Shown here in pieces: positions 26,860 to 39,019 of a stretch of DNA of 64,000 nucleotides. Location of the stretch: the NCBI RefSeq assembly GCF_006345805.1, contig NC_043001.1, positions 22,320,001 through 22,384,000 of the forward strand. The letters are read 5' to 3'. Below the pieces are notes generated by a model that saw nothing but the letters and a program-made list of their open reading frames with translations, had not been told where the DNA came from and did not search any database. This DNA is from Octopus sinensis (lineage: Eukaryota). Both the position numbers and the translations under genes were made by a program. Position 1 is the stretch's first letter, and each line of letters begins with the position of its first letter.

Positions 26860-29440
26860 ATCATCATCATCATCATCATCATCATCATTTAGCGTCCGTT
26901 TTCCATGCTAGCATGGGTTGGACGGTTCAACTGGGGTCTGGGGAGCCCGAAGGCTGCACCAGGCCAGTCAGATCTGGCAGTGCTTCTACAGCTGGATGCC
27001 CTTCCTAACGCCAACCACTCCGAGAGTGTAGTGGGTGATTTTATATGCCACCGACACAGGTGCCAGACGAGGCTGGCGAACGGCCACGCTCGGATGGTGT
27101 TTTTATGTGCCACCGACACAGGTGCCAGATGAGGCTGGCAGACGGCCACGCTCGGATGGTGTTTTTATGTGCCACCGACACAGGTGCCAGATGAGGCTGG
27201 CAGGTGCCAGACGAGGCTGGAAACGGCACGCTCGGATGGTGTTTTTATGTGCCACCGACACAGGTGCCAGATGAGGCTGGCGGACGGCCACGATCGGATG
27301 GTGTTTGTTACGTCCCCAAAGCACGGAGGCAAGTCTATGCGGTACTGGCTACGGCCACGTTCGGATGATTTTTTGTGTGCCACCGGCACTGGTACCACAA
27401 AGATACAAATTCCATTTATGTTCATCTATTTTGATTTGTTTTGATTTGATTGATTCACTTGCCTCAACAGGTCTTCACAAGTGTCACAAGAAGGAAGGTA
27501 TGCACAGGTGGACTGTCTACGTCGCGGGTCTCTCGGATGGTGTCTTTATGTGCCACCGACACAGGTGCCAGATGTGGCTGGCGAACGGCCACGATCGGAT
27601 GGTTTTCTTGTGTGCCACCGGTACTGGAACCACAAAGATACAAATTCCATTGATGTTCATCTATTTTGATTTGTTGATTTTCACTTGCCTCAACAGGTCT
27701 TCACAAGTGTCACGCGTGTCACACACTTGCCTCAACAGGTCTCCACAAGTGTCACACACTTGCCTCTGCCTCAACAGGTCTTCACAAGTGTCACACACTT
27801 GCCTCTGCCTCAAAGGTCTTCACAAGTGTCATAAGAGGGAAGGTATGCACAGGTGGACTGACTACGTCGCCGGGTCTTTGGATGGTGTTTTTATGTGCCA
27901 CCGACACAGGTGCCAGGTGAGGCTGGCGAACGGCCACGATCGGATGGTGTTTGTTGTGCCACAGCACCAGATGGTGTTTGTTGTGCCCACAGCAGGAGGC
28001 CAGTCGATGCGGTACCAGCTACGGCCACGTTCGGATGGTTTTCTTGTGTGCCACCGGTACTGGAACCACAAAGATACAAATTCCATTGATATTCATCTAT
28101 TTTGATTTGGTTTGATTTTCACTTGCCTCAACAGGTCTTCACAAGGGTCACACACTTGCCTCAACAGGTCTCCACAAGTGTCACACACTTGCCTCTGCCT
28201 CAACAGGTCTTCACAAGTGTCACACACTTGCCTCAACAGGTCTTCACAAGTGTCATAAGAGGGAAGGTATGCACAGGTGGACTGACTACGTCGCCGGGTC
28301 TTCGGATGGTGTCTTTATGTGCCACCGGCACAGGTGCCAGATGAGGCTGGCGAACGGCCACGATCGGATGGTGTTTGTTGTGCCCACAGCACGGAGGCCA
28401 GTCGATGCGGTGGTACTGGTTACGGCCACGATCGGATGGTTTTCTTGTGTGCCACCGGTACTGGAACCACAAAGATACAAATTCCATTGATGTTCATCTA
28501 TTTTGATTTGGTTTGATTTTCACTTGCCTCAACAGGTCTTCACAAGTGTCACGCGTGTCACACACTTGCCTCAACAGGTCTCCACAAGTGTCACACACTT
28601 GCCTCTGCCTCAACAGGTCTTCACAAAGTGTCACACACTTGCCTCTGCCTCAACAGGTCTTCACAAGTGTCATAAGAGGGAAGGTATGCACAGGTGGACT
28701 GACTACGTCGCCGGGTCTTTGGATGGTGTTTTTATGTGCCACCGACACAGGTGCCAGGTGAGGCTGGCGAACGGCCACGATCGGATGGTGTTTGTTGTGC
28801 CCACAGCACCAGATGGTGTTTGTTGTGCCCACAGCACGGAGGCCAGTCGATGCGGTACCAGCTACGGCCACGTTCGGATGGTTTTCTTGTGTGCCACCGG
28901 TACTGGAACCACAAAGATACAAATTCCATTGATATTCATCTATTTTGATTTGGTTTGATTTTCACTTGCCTCAACAGGTCTTCACAAGGGTCACACACTT
29001 GCCTCAACAGGTCTCCACAAGTGTCACACACTTGCCTCTGCCTCAACAGGTCTTCACAAGTGTCACACACTTGCCTCAACAGGTCTTCACAAGTGTCATA
29101 AGAGGGAAGGTATGCACAGGTGGACTGACTACGTCGCCGGGTCTTCGGATGGTGTCTTTATGTGCCACCGGCACAGGTGCCAGATGAGGCTGGCGAACGG
29201 CCACGATCGGATGGTGTTTGTTGTGCCCACAGCACGGAGGCCAGTCGATGCGGTACTGGTTACGGCCACGTTTGGGTGGTTTTCTTGTGTGCCACCGGCA
29301 CTGGTACCACAAAGAATACAATTCCACTGATGTTCATCTATTTTGATTTGTTTTGATTTGATTTGATTTTCACTTGCCTCAACAGGTCTTCATAAGTGTC
29401 ACAAGAAGGAAGGTATGCACAGGACTGACTACGTCCCAGG
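26860..29440 (-). repeat. RTE 3'-UTR-derived tandem array with ~400/440-bp alternating units (~843-bp higher-order repeat)
   Basis: Marker ATCTATTTTGATT recurs near 27424, 27659, 28096, 28497, 28939, 29337; identical ORFs at 28102 and 28945. Confidence 0.9.
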
Positions 29441-29524
29441 TCATGAGGGAATATAATTCCAAACTTACTGGGGAAAATTCAATTTAGAAATACTAAATCA
29501 AATTTCACAAAATATAATATATAT

Positions 29525-29715
29525 ATATATATAAATTAGAGAAAAAAAAAACTTTTTATCAATTCAATAATGAAAAATTAAATTATATCATTTAGATAAA
29601 TTACATATTATAGAAAGATATTTAATCTTTCTATAATATGTAATTTTTCTAAATGATATAATTCAATTTTTCGTTATTGAATTGATAAAAGGTGGGTTTT
29701 TTTCTAATTTATATA
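29525..29715. repeat. Imperfect AT-rich palindrome between (TA)n tracts
   Basis: ATTACATATTATAGAAAGA-tatttaa-TCTTTCTATAATATGTAAT centre with ~90-bp arms. Confidence 0.85.
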
Positions 29716-29822
29716 TATATATATATATAAAATATTATTAGAGACAAAACCACTATTTTGCAAAACAAACAAGGAAAGACTTAATCAATACATAAAATTT
29801 TAATAAATAGTCAAAAAAACCG

Positions 29823-29865
29823 CCACTACAATCGTTTCTTGTCTTGATCGACAATCTTCAGGTGG
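29823..29865 (-). ncRNA. Minimal type I hammerhead ribozyme (inverted twin of 29940..29982)
   Basis: Exact reverse complement within the 354-bp palindrome. Confidence 0.75.
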
Positions 29866-29939
29866 ACTTCCAATAAGTCAGTTTCAAATTATGACTTCAT
29901 AATTATGACTTCATAATTTGAAACTGACTTATTGGAAGT

Positions 29940-29982
29940 CCACCTGAAGATTGTCGATCAAGACAAGAAACGATTGTAGTGG
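29940..29982 (+). ncRNA. Minimal type I hammerhead ribozyme
   Basis: CCAC-CTGAAGA-TTGTC gatcaa GACAA-GAA-AC gatt GT-A-GTGG; all three stems pair and the cleavage triplet is GUA. Confidence 0.75.
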
Positions 29983-30176
29983 CGGTTTTTTTGACTATTT
30001 ATTAAAATTTTATGTATTGATTAAGTCTTTCCTTGTTTGTTTTGCAAAATAGTGGTTTTGTCTCTAATAATATTTTATAATATTTTACTATAAAATTGGA
30101 TTTAATCCTAAATCTGATTTTTTTTCCCTGTAAATTTGGATTTATTCCCTAATATTTATTATTATATATATATATA

Positions 30177-31255
30177 TAGTGTAATAAATAAAATATATGC
30201 ATACATACAAACATATATGTACGTACCGGCATCTACATGTATATATACATGCATATATAAATATATATATATGTACAGGACATCACAAGAAGAAGAAAAA
30301 AATCAACAGAACGAAAACGGAGAAGACATTTTGTTACAACAGAAGGACAGAGACGTGGAACAAGACAAAACGAAAACGGGAAAAACAATTATGTGCAGCA
30401 GAAAAACGAAGTACAGGACATGCTACACAAGGAAAAATCCCCTTCATCAGCTGTCGCTAGCAGACACGTGTTTCGAAGGCAGAGACAGAAGACGTAAGGT
30501 CAAGCTAGGCCTTCCTACGAGAGAATTAAAATAAAATAAACTCGTACAGGGGTAAACGAGCAAGAAAAAATGTAACACAAAAAGGTACGTAACAAAGAAC
30601 TGCACAAAAAAATACATACAAGAAAAAAATAATACAAAATTAAAGATACATGTACACAAAAATACATAATGAGAATTAAACTACAATACGAGAAAACAAA
30701 AATAAACAAGAGAACAAACGAAAAAGACGAACGGAGGCCTTTGTTCTGGCTGGGATGAGAAGGTAACTGGCGAGCGTGAGGAAACATGACCTTATGGCCT
30801 GAATGCAACAGGTGGAAAGGTTTAGCAGTGATGAAAGTGAGGAGGAGTAGATAGGGAGAGAGAGAGACAGATAGAGGAAGACACAGGCTAGAGAGAAGGG
30901 TGAGGTAGAGAGAGCAAGAGAGAGAGAGAGGGGAAGTTAAAGCAAAGGGAGAGAGTTTCGCATCATTGTAGTAAACTGTAAAAACGGACAAGGAGGAAGG
31001 AGACAGAACGAAGTGAGAATTCGAAAAATCGAAAATTCAAACGAACCCGACGCGAAGCGCTGTCAGACAATAGTGTAATAAATAAAATATATGCATACAT
31101 ACAAACATATATGTACATACCGACATCTACATGTATATATACATGCATATATAAATATATATATATACGTAGAGGACATCACAAGAAGACGAAAAAATCA
31201 ACAGAACGAAAACGGAGAAGACATTTTGTTACAACAGAAGGACAGAGACGTGGAA
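30177..31255 (-). mobile_element. Element with ~185-bp direct terminal repeats (30177..30360, 31071..31255); Penelope-like partial tandem
   Basis: TAGTGTAATAAATAAAATATATGCATAC...GAGACGTGGAACA repeated 894 bp apart; starts at a (TA)n tract. Confidence 0.55.
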
Positions 31256-31804
31256 CATACACACAGAGCTTCCACTCAGTTAGCATCTATCAAATTTACT
31301 CACAAAGCATTGGTCAGCCTGGGGCTGTAGAAGACACTTGCCCAAGGTACTTCAATTGGGATTGAAACTTTGTGCTTGCAAAGCGACTTTCTTAACCACA
31401 CAAATACAAAATCATAAGAGTTGAGAGGAAAACTTTATCTACAATAGTGTGGAAGCAAGTGGCTTATGTGGTTAGGGTACTCAGCTCACGCTCATAAGGT
31501 CATGAGTTCAATTCCCAGTAACATGTTGCATCCTTGTGCAAGACACTTCATTTCATGTTCCTCCAGTCTGCTCAGCTGAGAAGTACCTGTCTTTCAAAGG
31601 GCCAGCGTTAACACAACCTGAGTTACGCTGAACCTCTCTGAGAACTACATTAAGGATACATGTGTCTGTGGAGTGCTCAGCCACTTGCAAGTTGATCTCA
31701 CAAGCAGGCTGTTTCCGTTGATTAGATCAACTGGAACCCTTGTCGTTATAACCGACAGAGCGCAACAAAATTAATGAGAAAGAGCAAAATTTGTCTGCAT
31801 TTAC

Positions 31805-31907
31805 CTGAATCATTTTCGGACAAAGGTCTTTCTGACTGAGAAGTTTCAGTTGGTTGTTTCACAGTTCTGTGCATAACAGCATAAGACTGGTTTATTTTCT
31901 GCCTCAC
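31805..31907 (-). CDS. DENND2: DENND2-like exon (103 nt, phase 0-1): VRQKINQSYAVMHRTVKQPTETSQSERPLSENDS
   Basis: Acceptor cttcatttcctAG, donor CAG|GTAAAT, open frame, phase 1 matches the next exon. Confidence 0.8.
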
Positions 31908-33234
31908 CTAGGAAATGAAGAGGACTTCTGATTAATAAAAACAAATTAAAACAATGCTGGTTCATTAGTGAGATAGTGATTAAAACAGGTCCTTCTCTTT
32001 TTTTTTTTTTTTTTTCATAATTATTTTACAAATATCAATTTCCTTGAAGAAATATGCCATTTTTATTTACTATATCAAAGAATCTATAAAAATACGGATA
32101 TTCACTTCTAACATGAATGGTTAAAAGATTTCAGAAATTTGGGGACTTCCTTAAAACAAAAAGGTTTAGTTTGAGGGAGATTAGGCAGCTCTTTGTTGAA
32201 GATTGAATTACAACTGAGAGGCTCCCTAGTTAACTTTAACAATGGTTTCAAATTTTGGCACAAAGCCAGCAATTTCAGAGGGTGGGGGCAGGTTAGTTGA
32301 TTACACAGACCCCCAGTACTCAACTGGTACATGAAAGGTAATGTTGTCCTCAGCAGAATTTAAACTTTCGGAGAGGCACTGAGCAGCTATACGCACACAT
32401 ACACACACGGCAATAACTTCCGCCTACCGAATTCAATCACAAAGCTCCGGTCAGCTCGGGGCTATAGAAGACACCTGCCCAAAGTGTCACGCAGTGAGAC
32501 TGAACCCAAAACCATGTAGTTAGGAAGCAAGCTCCCTAACCACACAGCCATGCCCGATTATATGTATATACATGTGTGTGTGTGTGTGTGTGTTTGTCCC
32601 CCCCAACATCGCTTGACAACCGATGCTGGTGTGTTTACGTCCTCGTAACTTAGCGGTTCGGCAAAAGAGAATGATAGAATAAGTATTAGGCTTACAAAGA
32701 ATAAGTGCTGGGGTCGATTTGCTCGACTAAGGGCAGTGCTCCAGCATGGCCGTAGTCAAATGACTGAAACAAGTAAAAGAGTAGCAAATAATTCAAACAA
32801 GATCTTTGAAACAGAGAATGGTTCTGTGCCAATAGCAGTTGAGCACAGAGCAGTCAGTGTTACAAAGCGGGTGAAAACTTGCATGAAAGGTTCCAGATCT
32901 AGTGTCTTTTTTTTTGTTATTGTAATTGTTTCCATATAGAAGTAGCTGTATAGATCTCAAAAGCTTCAAATCTATGGAAACTTAGAGACATAATCCATCA
33001 GTAGCCTACACAGATAAAATTAAGTTTGGCACACACCATATATGTTTGAGGTGATTACTCTTTACTCTTTTACTTGTTTCAATCATTTGACTGTGGCCAT
33101 GCCGAAGCACCGCCTTTATTCGAGCAAATCGACCCCAGGACTTATTTTTTTGCAAGCCTAGTACTTATTCTATCGGTCTCTTTTGCTGAACTGCTAAGTT
33201 ACAGGGACGCAAACACACCAGCAAACACACTAGC

Positions 33235-33483
33235 TTCCTTCTTGAGCCATGCCAGGCTCACAAGGGCCGGTTTCCCGGTTTCAGTGGCGTAGAAGTTCCC
33301 CACCTGGATGGGACGCCGGTCCTTCACAGGATTACTCATTTTTACCAGCTGAATGGACTGGAGCAACGTGAAATGAAGTGTTTTGCTCAAGAACACAACA
33401 CATCACCCAGTCCAGGAATCGAAACCACGACCTTACGATCATGAGTTCAACACCACCCTAACCACTAAGCCACGCGCCTCCAC
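33235..33483 (-). mobile_element. tRNA-derived SINE, family A-related
   Basis: Minus-strand head GGAGGCGCGTGGCTTAGTGGTTAGGG...GGTTTCGATTCC; related copy near 31450. Confidence 0.75.
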
Positions 33484-34689
33484 TTGTCAACTTACTTATT
33501 CACATTGTTTTGAATTAACCATGCATTATTTCTTATCTTTCCGATTTTGATGATGTAATTGTTTATTTTTTGGGATGATATTGTAGGGTAGGTGTGAGAG
33601 GCTGATTTAAACATGAAACTGGTTGACTATTAGGGCTTGGTATGGCCAACTTAAATGCTAATAGGTTAAAAAGTTTTTGTAGGGAAAATGTATGTAATTA
33701 CAATGCTGTAACACTATACTGAAACAAGTATGAAACCATAAGCTTATCACATATAAACTACATTATGTGACTATCATATTTCAATTTATCCTCTTTCAGA
33801 TCAACAGCATAGTTGTTTATAATTCATGAGATTTACAATACAGGATGTAAAGCTCATCTTGCTGACTATATTTTGTGTGACTGCAATTGGCTATCAGCTT
33901 AGGATACCATCCCTGTAGTTTTGTTGGCATTACACCCATTCCAGATAGCAGATAAGAGATAAAAATTTAACATTCCTTTCATCTTTCTAGGAGAATCTTT
34001 CTTTAGACAATTAAAAAGGTTTCATAAAGGAAACAGAGTCATTTAAATATTATAAGACACATAGTAGGAGGGAGAGGGTATGTAGGCCGGGGAAGGCGGT
34101 ATCATGAGGTGATGTGGTCTCCCCACATAATTGCCAACAAACCATAAGGAATTTTTCATAAGTTTATGTAAACAGACTGTGATATTTTCACTTGTCACTG
34201 ATAAGTATGACACAAACAGAAATGTAAAGAGACTTGGAAGAAACTACCAAGAGAACACAAAGCATAAGCTAAAATAAAGTGTTATGATCTTAAGAGATTT
34301 TGTTTCATTTGAAGCTGACTATCATCATCATCATCGTTTAACGTCCGTTTTCCATGCTAGCATGGGTTGGACGGTTCAACCGGAGTCTGGGAAGCCAGGA
34401 GGCTGCGCCAGGCTCCAGTCTGATCTGGCAGTGTTTCTACAGTTGGATGGCCTTCCTAACGCCAACCACTCCGAGAGTGTAGTGGGTGCTTTTTATGTGC
34501 CACCTGCACAGGAGCCAGACGAGGCTGGCAAACGGCCACAATCGGATGGTGCTTTTTATGTGCCACCGGCACAGGGGCCAAACGAGGCTGGCAACGGCCG
34601 GAAGGCTGGCCGCCAAATAAAGAAATGAGGCAGAAAATATACATCATAATTTCATTAATGCATTTTTTTTCTGAAACACTTATGTGTGC

Positions 34690-35040
34690 AGCTGAAGTCT
34701 TCACGAGGCTTACATTGACCATCCCCGCCATCGGCATCCGTCCGCCTCGAGAGACGATGATGTAGCTCGGGAAAGGTGATTGGTTTATCTGCACTTCCTG
34801 GTGTGGCTGTGCAGACCAGTCCTCTTCCTGTTGAGCTACAAGGCCTGGGCAGGTTTGTACGAGGGAACAGCTGTTGCCCATGCAGTTTGATCCCCCCTCT
34901 CCACGCAGCTGGTAGCTCCAAGGGAACGACGGGTCGATACAGCTTGGTACCAGATGCGTCACAGGAGTTGCCAGTGATGACGTGTTGTGTCAGGCCACCT
35001 TAGGGACTCCAGCTCCGGATTTTCTGTCGGGGTTTACTCC
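34690..35040 (-). mobile_element. GC-rich fragment, probable RTE 5' region
   Basis: GC-rich island that shares sequence with the SINE tail at 18750..18900; the assignment is inferred. Confidence 0.4.
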
Positions 35041-35292
35041 CTACATTGACCATAGGCTATAGTAAAAAAAAACTTGCCCAAGGTATCATGCAGCAGGACT
35101 GAACTCAGAATCATGTGGTTCAAAAGCAAACTTCTTACCACACATCTACATCTATGCCATTTAAAAAAAATTTTTTATCTCATTGAAATTTATAATCAAG
35201 TATCTTAACTATAAAAAAAGAATGAGTTAAAGGGATAGTTACTAAAGTGCCAACATTAAAAATACATAGATAAGAAAATGAAAAAATCTTAC

Positions 35293-35433
35293 CAAATTAA
35301 CTTTTCCACGATTTAACTTGTGATCGGAACCACTTAGATTTTTCAGTGGAGTGTTTGCAATTTTTAAAGTGGGGTCTCCAAAACGGCGCCTAAGATGCTG
35401 GAGTTTTTCAGTAAAATCAAACTGTTTTGAAGA
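35293..35433 (-). CDS. DENND2: DENND2-like exon (141 nt, phase 0-0): SSKQFDFTEKLQHLRRRFGDPTLKIANTPLKNLSGSDHKLNRGKVNL
   Basis: Acceptor ttttctcattgtAG, donor GTAAGA, open frame, phase matches both neighbouring exons. Confidence 0.8.
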
Positions 35434-35902
35434 CTACAATGAGAAAATATTAGTGGTTTGATAATAATTACATCAATTAAAATTAAATTTCAAGTATGGA
35501 ATTCAATTCAAATTATATGTTATAAATAATTAAAAGTGTAACATCTGTTATAGATAACATGAACCTTAACTTAGAAACAGGCTATGATGTTCTCCTAACA
35601 TCCAAAAAACATGCAAAAATCCTTTAGCAAAATCACTGCTGATACATTTCTAAAGCTTTCTTGCAAAAGACAAGCTCCCTAAAAAGCTAAAAAGGAGCTC
35701 TTTGTCCTTTACATCAGTGAGGAAGCAGAATACATGTTAAAATTTATAGATCTATTTTTGATTTTACATAGCAAGGTTATGGAATGAATTATCAGAAAGA
35801 AATTGGTTATTTCCAGAAGAAAATGACAATCATCACATTTTCCATCAAAGTAGATGCTACCTCACACTGTTTTTACAGCATTATGATTAAATATTGAAGT
35901 AG

Positions 35903-36054
35903 ATAGATGTTCAATAAGTCAAATGTAGATGGAGTGCATTTCAACTTTGCAAAGGATTTCAACAAAGTTGTGGAATGATATGTCATAAGCTGCGTGATCT
36001 CAGCGTGACTGGAAATGTAGATGAGTGGATGTGTGAGTTTTTAAGAAGCAGGAG
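35903..36054 (+). mobile_element. CR1-like RT fragment (second copy at 41460..41611)
   Basis: Translates to a degenerate DxxxxxFAKDFNKV..GMICHKL..GNVxEWMCEFL RT motif. Confidence 0.6.
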
Positions 36055-36309
36055 TCAAGTTGCTACAATCAACAAAACCCTTTCAAAAAAAGTCAACGGT
36101 TCTTGCTAGTGGGTCATTGCTTTTTGCAATATCTCTCTCAGAGTAGTGGATAAAGGTGCTAGTTAATGTAGTGCAGTCAAATAGAAGTTCAAAGTTCAAT
36201 CCCAGACAAATCACAAGACACCTGAAGAAGGTTAGAGCATACAAAGCTGAAACATAGTAAAAGCAACAACCAAGAACAACCAAGATGAGGACACTACTCT
36301 GACTGATAC

Positions 36310-37745
36310 ATCATCATCATCGTTTCACGTCCATTTTCCATGCTAGCATGGGTTGGACGGTTCGACCGAGGTCTGAGAAGCCAGGAGGCTGCGCCAGGCT
36401 CCAGTCTGACCTGGCAGTGTTTCTACAGCTGGATGCCTTTCCTAACGCCAACCACTCCGCGAGTGTAGTGGGTGATTTTTACATGCCACCAGCACAGGAG
36501 CCAGAGGAGGCTGACAAACAGCCACAATTGGTTGGTGCTTTTTACGTATCACCCACACTGATTCCAGTCAGGTGGCGCTGGCATCAGCCACGTTCGGATG
36601 GTGCTTTTTATGTGCCACCGGCACAGATATGATAACTACAATTTCCATTCGATTTTTATTTTGATGTTGATGTATTTGACTCAATAAGTCTCCTCAAGCA
36701 CAGCGGGTCACCCTACGATCCAAGGTTAGCACAGCAGGCCATCCTGCAAGCCATGAAATCACTTCATTGTCGGGTCTTTGCAGTCACAGCATATCTCTAG
36801 AGGTCCCGGTCTTTCATCATAGCCTCTGTGAGGCCCAACGTTCGAAGGTCATGCTTGACCACCTCATCCCATCTCTTCCTGGGTCTATCTCTACCCCGGA
36901 TTCCTTCAACAATTTGGGAGTGGCACTTCTTCACATATCTCTACTCATCCATCCATAGTACATGACCATACCAACGCAAACATCTCTCCTGCACGCCACA
37001 TCCGATGCTTCTTATGTTCAACATTTCTCTCACAGTGCTTACACTCTGTCATGCATGGACACTGACATTACACATCCAGCGGATAATGCTAGCTTCATTT
37101 CTTTTGAGTCTACGCATGTCCTCCACAGTCACAGCCCATGTTTCATTGCTGTAAAGCACGGCAATTCGCACATGCGTCGTACAATCTACCTTTCACTCTG
37201 AGCAAGAGACCCTTTGTCGCCAGTAGGGGAAGAAGCTTTCTAAACTGAGCCCAGGCTATTTTTATTCTAGTGGTAACACTCTCTGAGCATCCACCCACCC
37301 CCACTACTAACTTGGTCACCTAGATAGTGGAAACTATCAACAACTTCTATTTTTTCCCCTGGAGTCTAATGGAATCTGTTTTCTAAGTATCTGTGGTGTC
37401 TATTGCCCCTGAGTTCGCCTTCCTACTTACTAGAACTTTGATCTTTGCTACATTGACTCTAAGGCCTTTTGATTCTAAACCTAGCTTCCACACACGAAAT
37501 TTCTTTTCTAGTTCCGGTAGTGATTCTGCTTATGAGGGCCAGGTCATCAGGAGCTCCCAGGGGCAACCAGTCTTGAATTCCTCTGTTATTGCCTGAAGGA
37601 CTGTGATGAATAAAAGGGGACTAAGGGCTGAACCTTGATGGACGCCTACTTCTACCCGGAATTCTTCACTATACTAATTGCCAATCCTAACCTTACTAAC
37701 GGCCTCTCTGTAAAGAGCCTGTACAGCCCTTATTAACCATTGGTT
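36310..37745 (-). mobile_element. 5'-truncated RTE-clade LINE
   Basis: Minus strand encodes EFRVEVGVHQGSALSPLLFI, followed by decayed ORF, 3' UTR and (GAT)n tail. Confidence 0.85.
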
Positions 37746-38973
37746 AATGGTAAATGGTTAACTGATCTAAGAAATGCAGAATTGTATTAATTTCCTTAAA
37801 TATGCCAATGGCACGTTAAAAGCACCAACCGATCGTGGCCGATGCCAGACCCCCCTGGCACCTGTGCAGGTGGCACATAAAAAGCACCCACTACACTCGC
37901 GGAGTGGTTGGCGTTAGGAAGGGCATCCAGCTGTAGAAACACTGCCAGATCAGACTGGAGCCTAGTGCAGGCCCTGGCTTCCCAGACCCTGGTCGAACCA
38001 TCCAACCCGTGCTAGCGCGGAAAACGGACGTTAAACAATGAAGATGATGATGATGATGATGATGCCACTGATGGCAAAATATTAAAGATAATCGGCAGTC
38101 TGGATGATGTCAACAGCCTACACAAAAACTTCAATACCATAAACAATGAGTAGGTGTAAAGTAAACAGCATGCAATTTAATATTAGAAAATTACAAGTAC
38201 ACAGCTATCATCTAACACATTCCACTCTGGATGCATAAAAGATAAGAAATCACAATCTAGAATTCAGAATATATTCATGAGCTGAGAATTATAAATAGTG
38301 ATGACGAACATGTTACTAGAAGATTGGAACGATGAATCCTGCGAAGATTTAGAACAAATCACACTGGTTCTGTGTAAGACACTTGTTCTCAGTTATTTGA
38401 ATGATTGCTCTGAGACACAGTTCTTATCCCCATAGTGTCAAACTCACTCGTTACTGAACTGGAAATAATCCAAACCTGCAGAAGATTGCCTCTAAGAGGT
38501 TAAAAGCAAAGAAGAGAAAGACATGCTGTAATTAATATCCAGACCTTGGAACAACTGATACTACACTCTGGCATTAAACACTATGTAAAACTCTAAACCA
38601 GATGCTACTATATGAACCCAAAAGTTCAGCCTCCATCATCCCAAGTTAGAACTAGGTACTGTTATAGCTTGGAATTCAAAGCACCACACATCTCCAGTAT
38701 CCACCCACAAAACATATGGGATATGTACATAATAAACATCAAGAAATCCAAACAAGATTTCTACAAGCTATTTAGATGATAGTAAAAGGCATATATGAAA
38801 GCAACATCGTCAAACTCACTTTTTCATCCAAAATCAAGCATAGAACAGAGGCTGCTGGCAGAAGCTGAATGAATACAAACCACATGCCATAATATCAGCA
38901 AAACATACGAGATTAAAGTTATATGTAATAAAAGTTAAACTATTTCATTTTTGATATTACTTGGATTACCTTT

Positions 38974-39015
<42 letters not shown>

Positions 39016-39019
39016 CAAA

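Larger units (their letters stand above)
29726..30079. repeat. 354-bp near-perfect palindrome containing two hammerheads
   Basis: Arms are reverse complements about centre ~29902; the centre has a duplicated ATTATGACTTCATA. Confidence 0.95.

Noticed and set aside
27305-28958. 266-aa and 151-aa repetitive ORFs; short repeats superficially like a CRISPR array
   Set aside because: Tandem expansion of an RTE 3' UTR; the intervening sequences are themselves repeated, there are no cas genes, and the context is eukaryotic.
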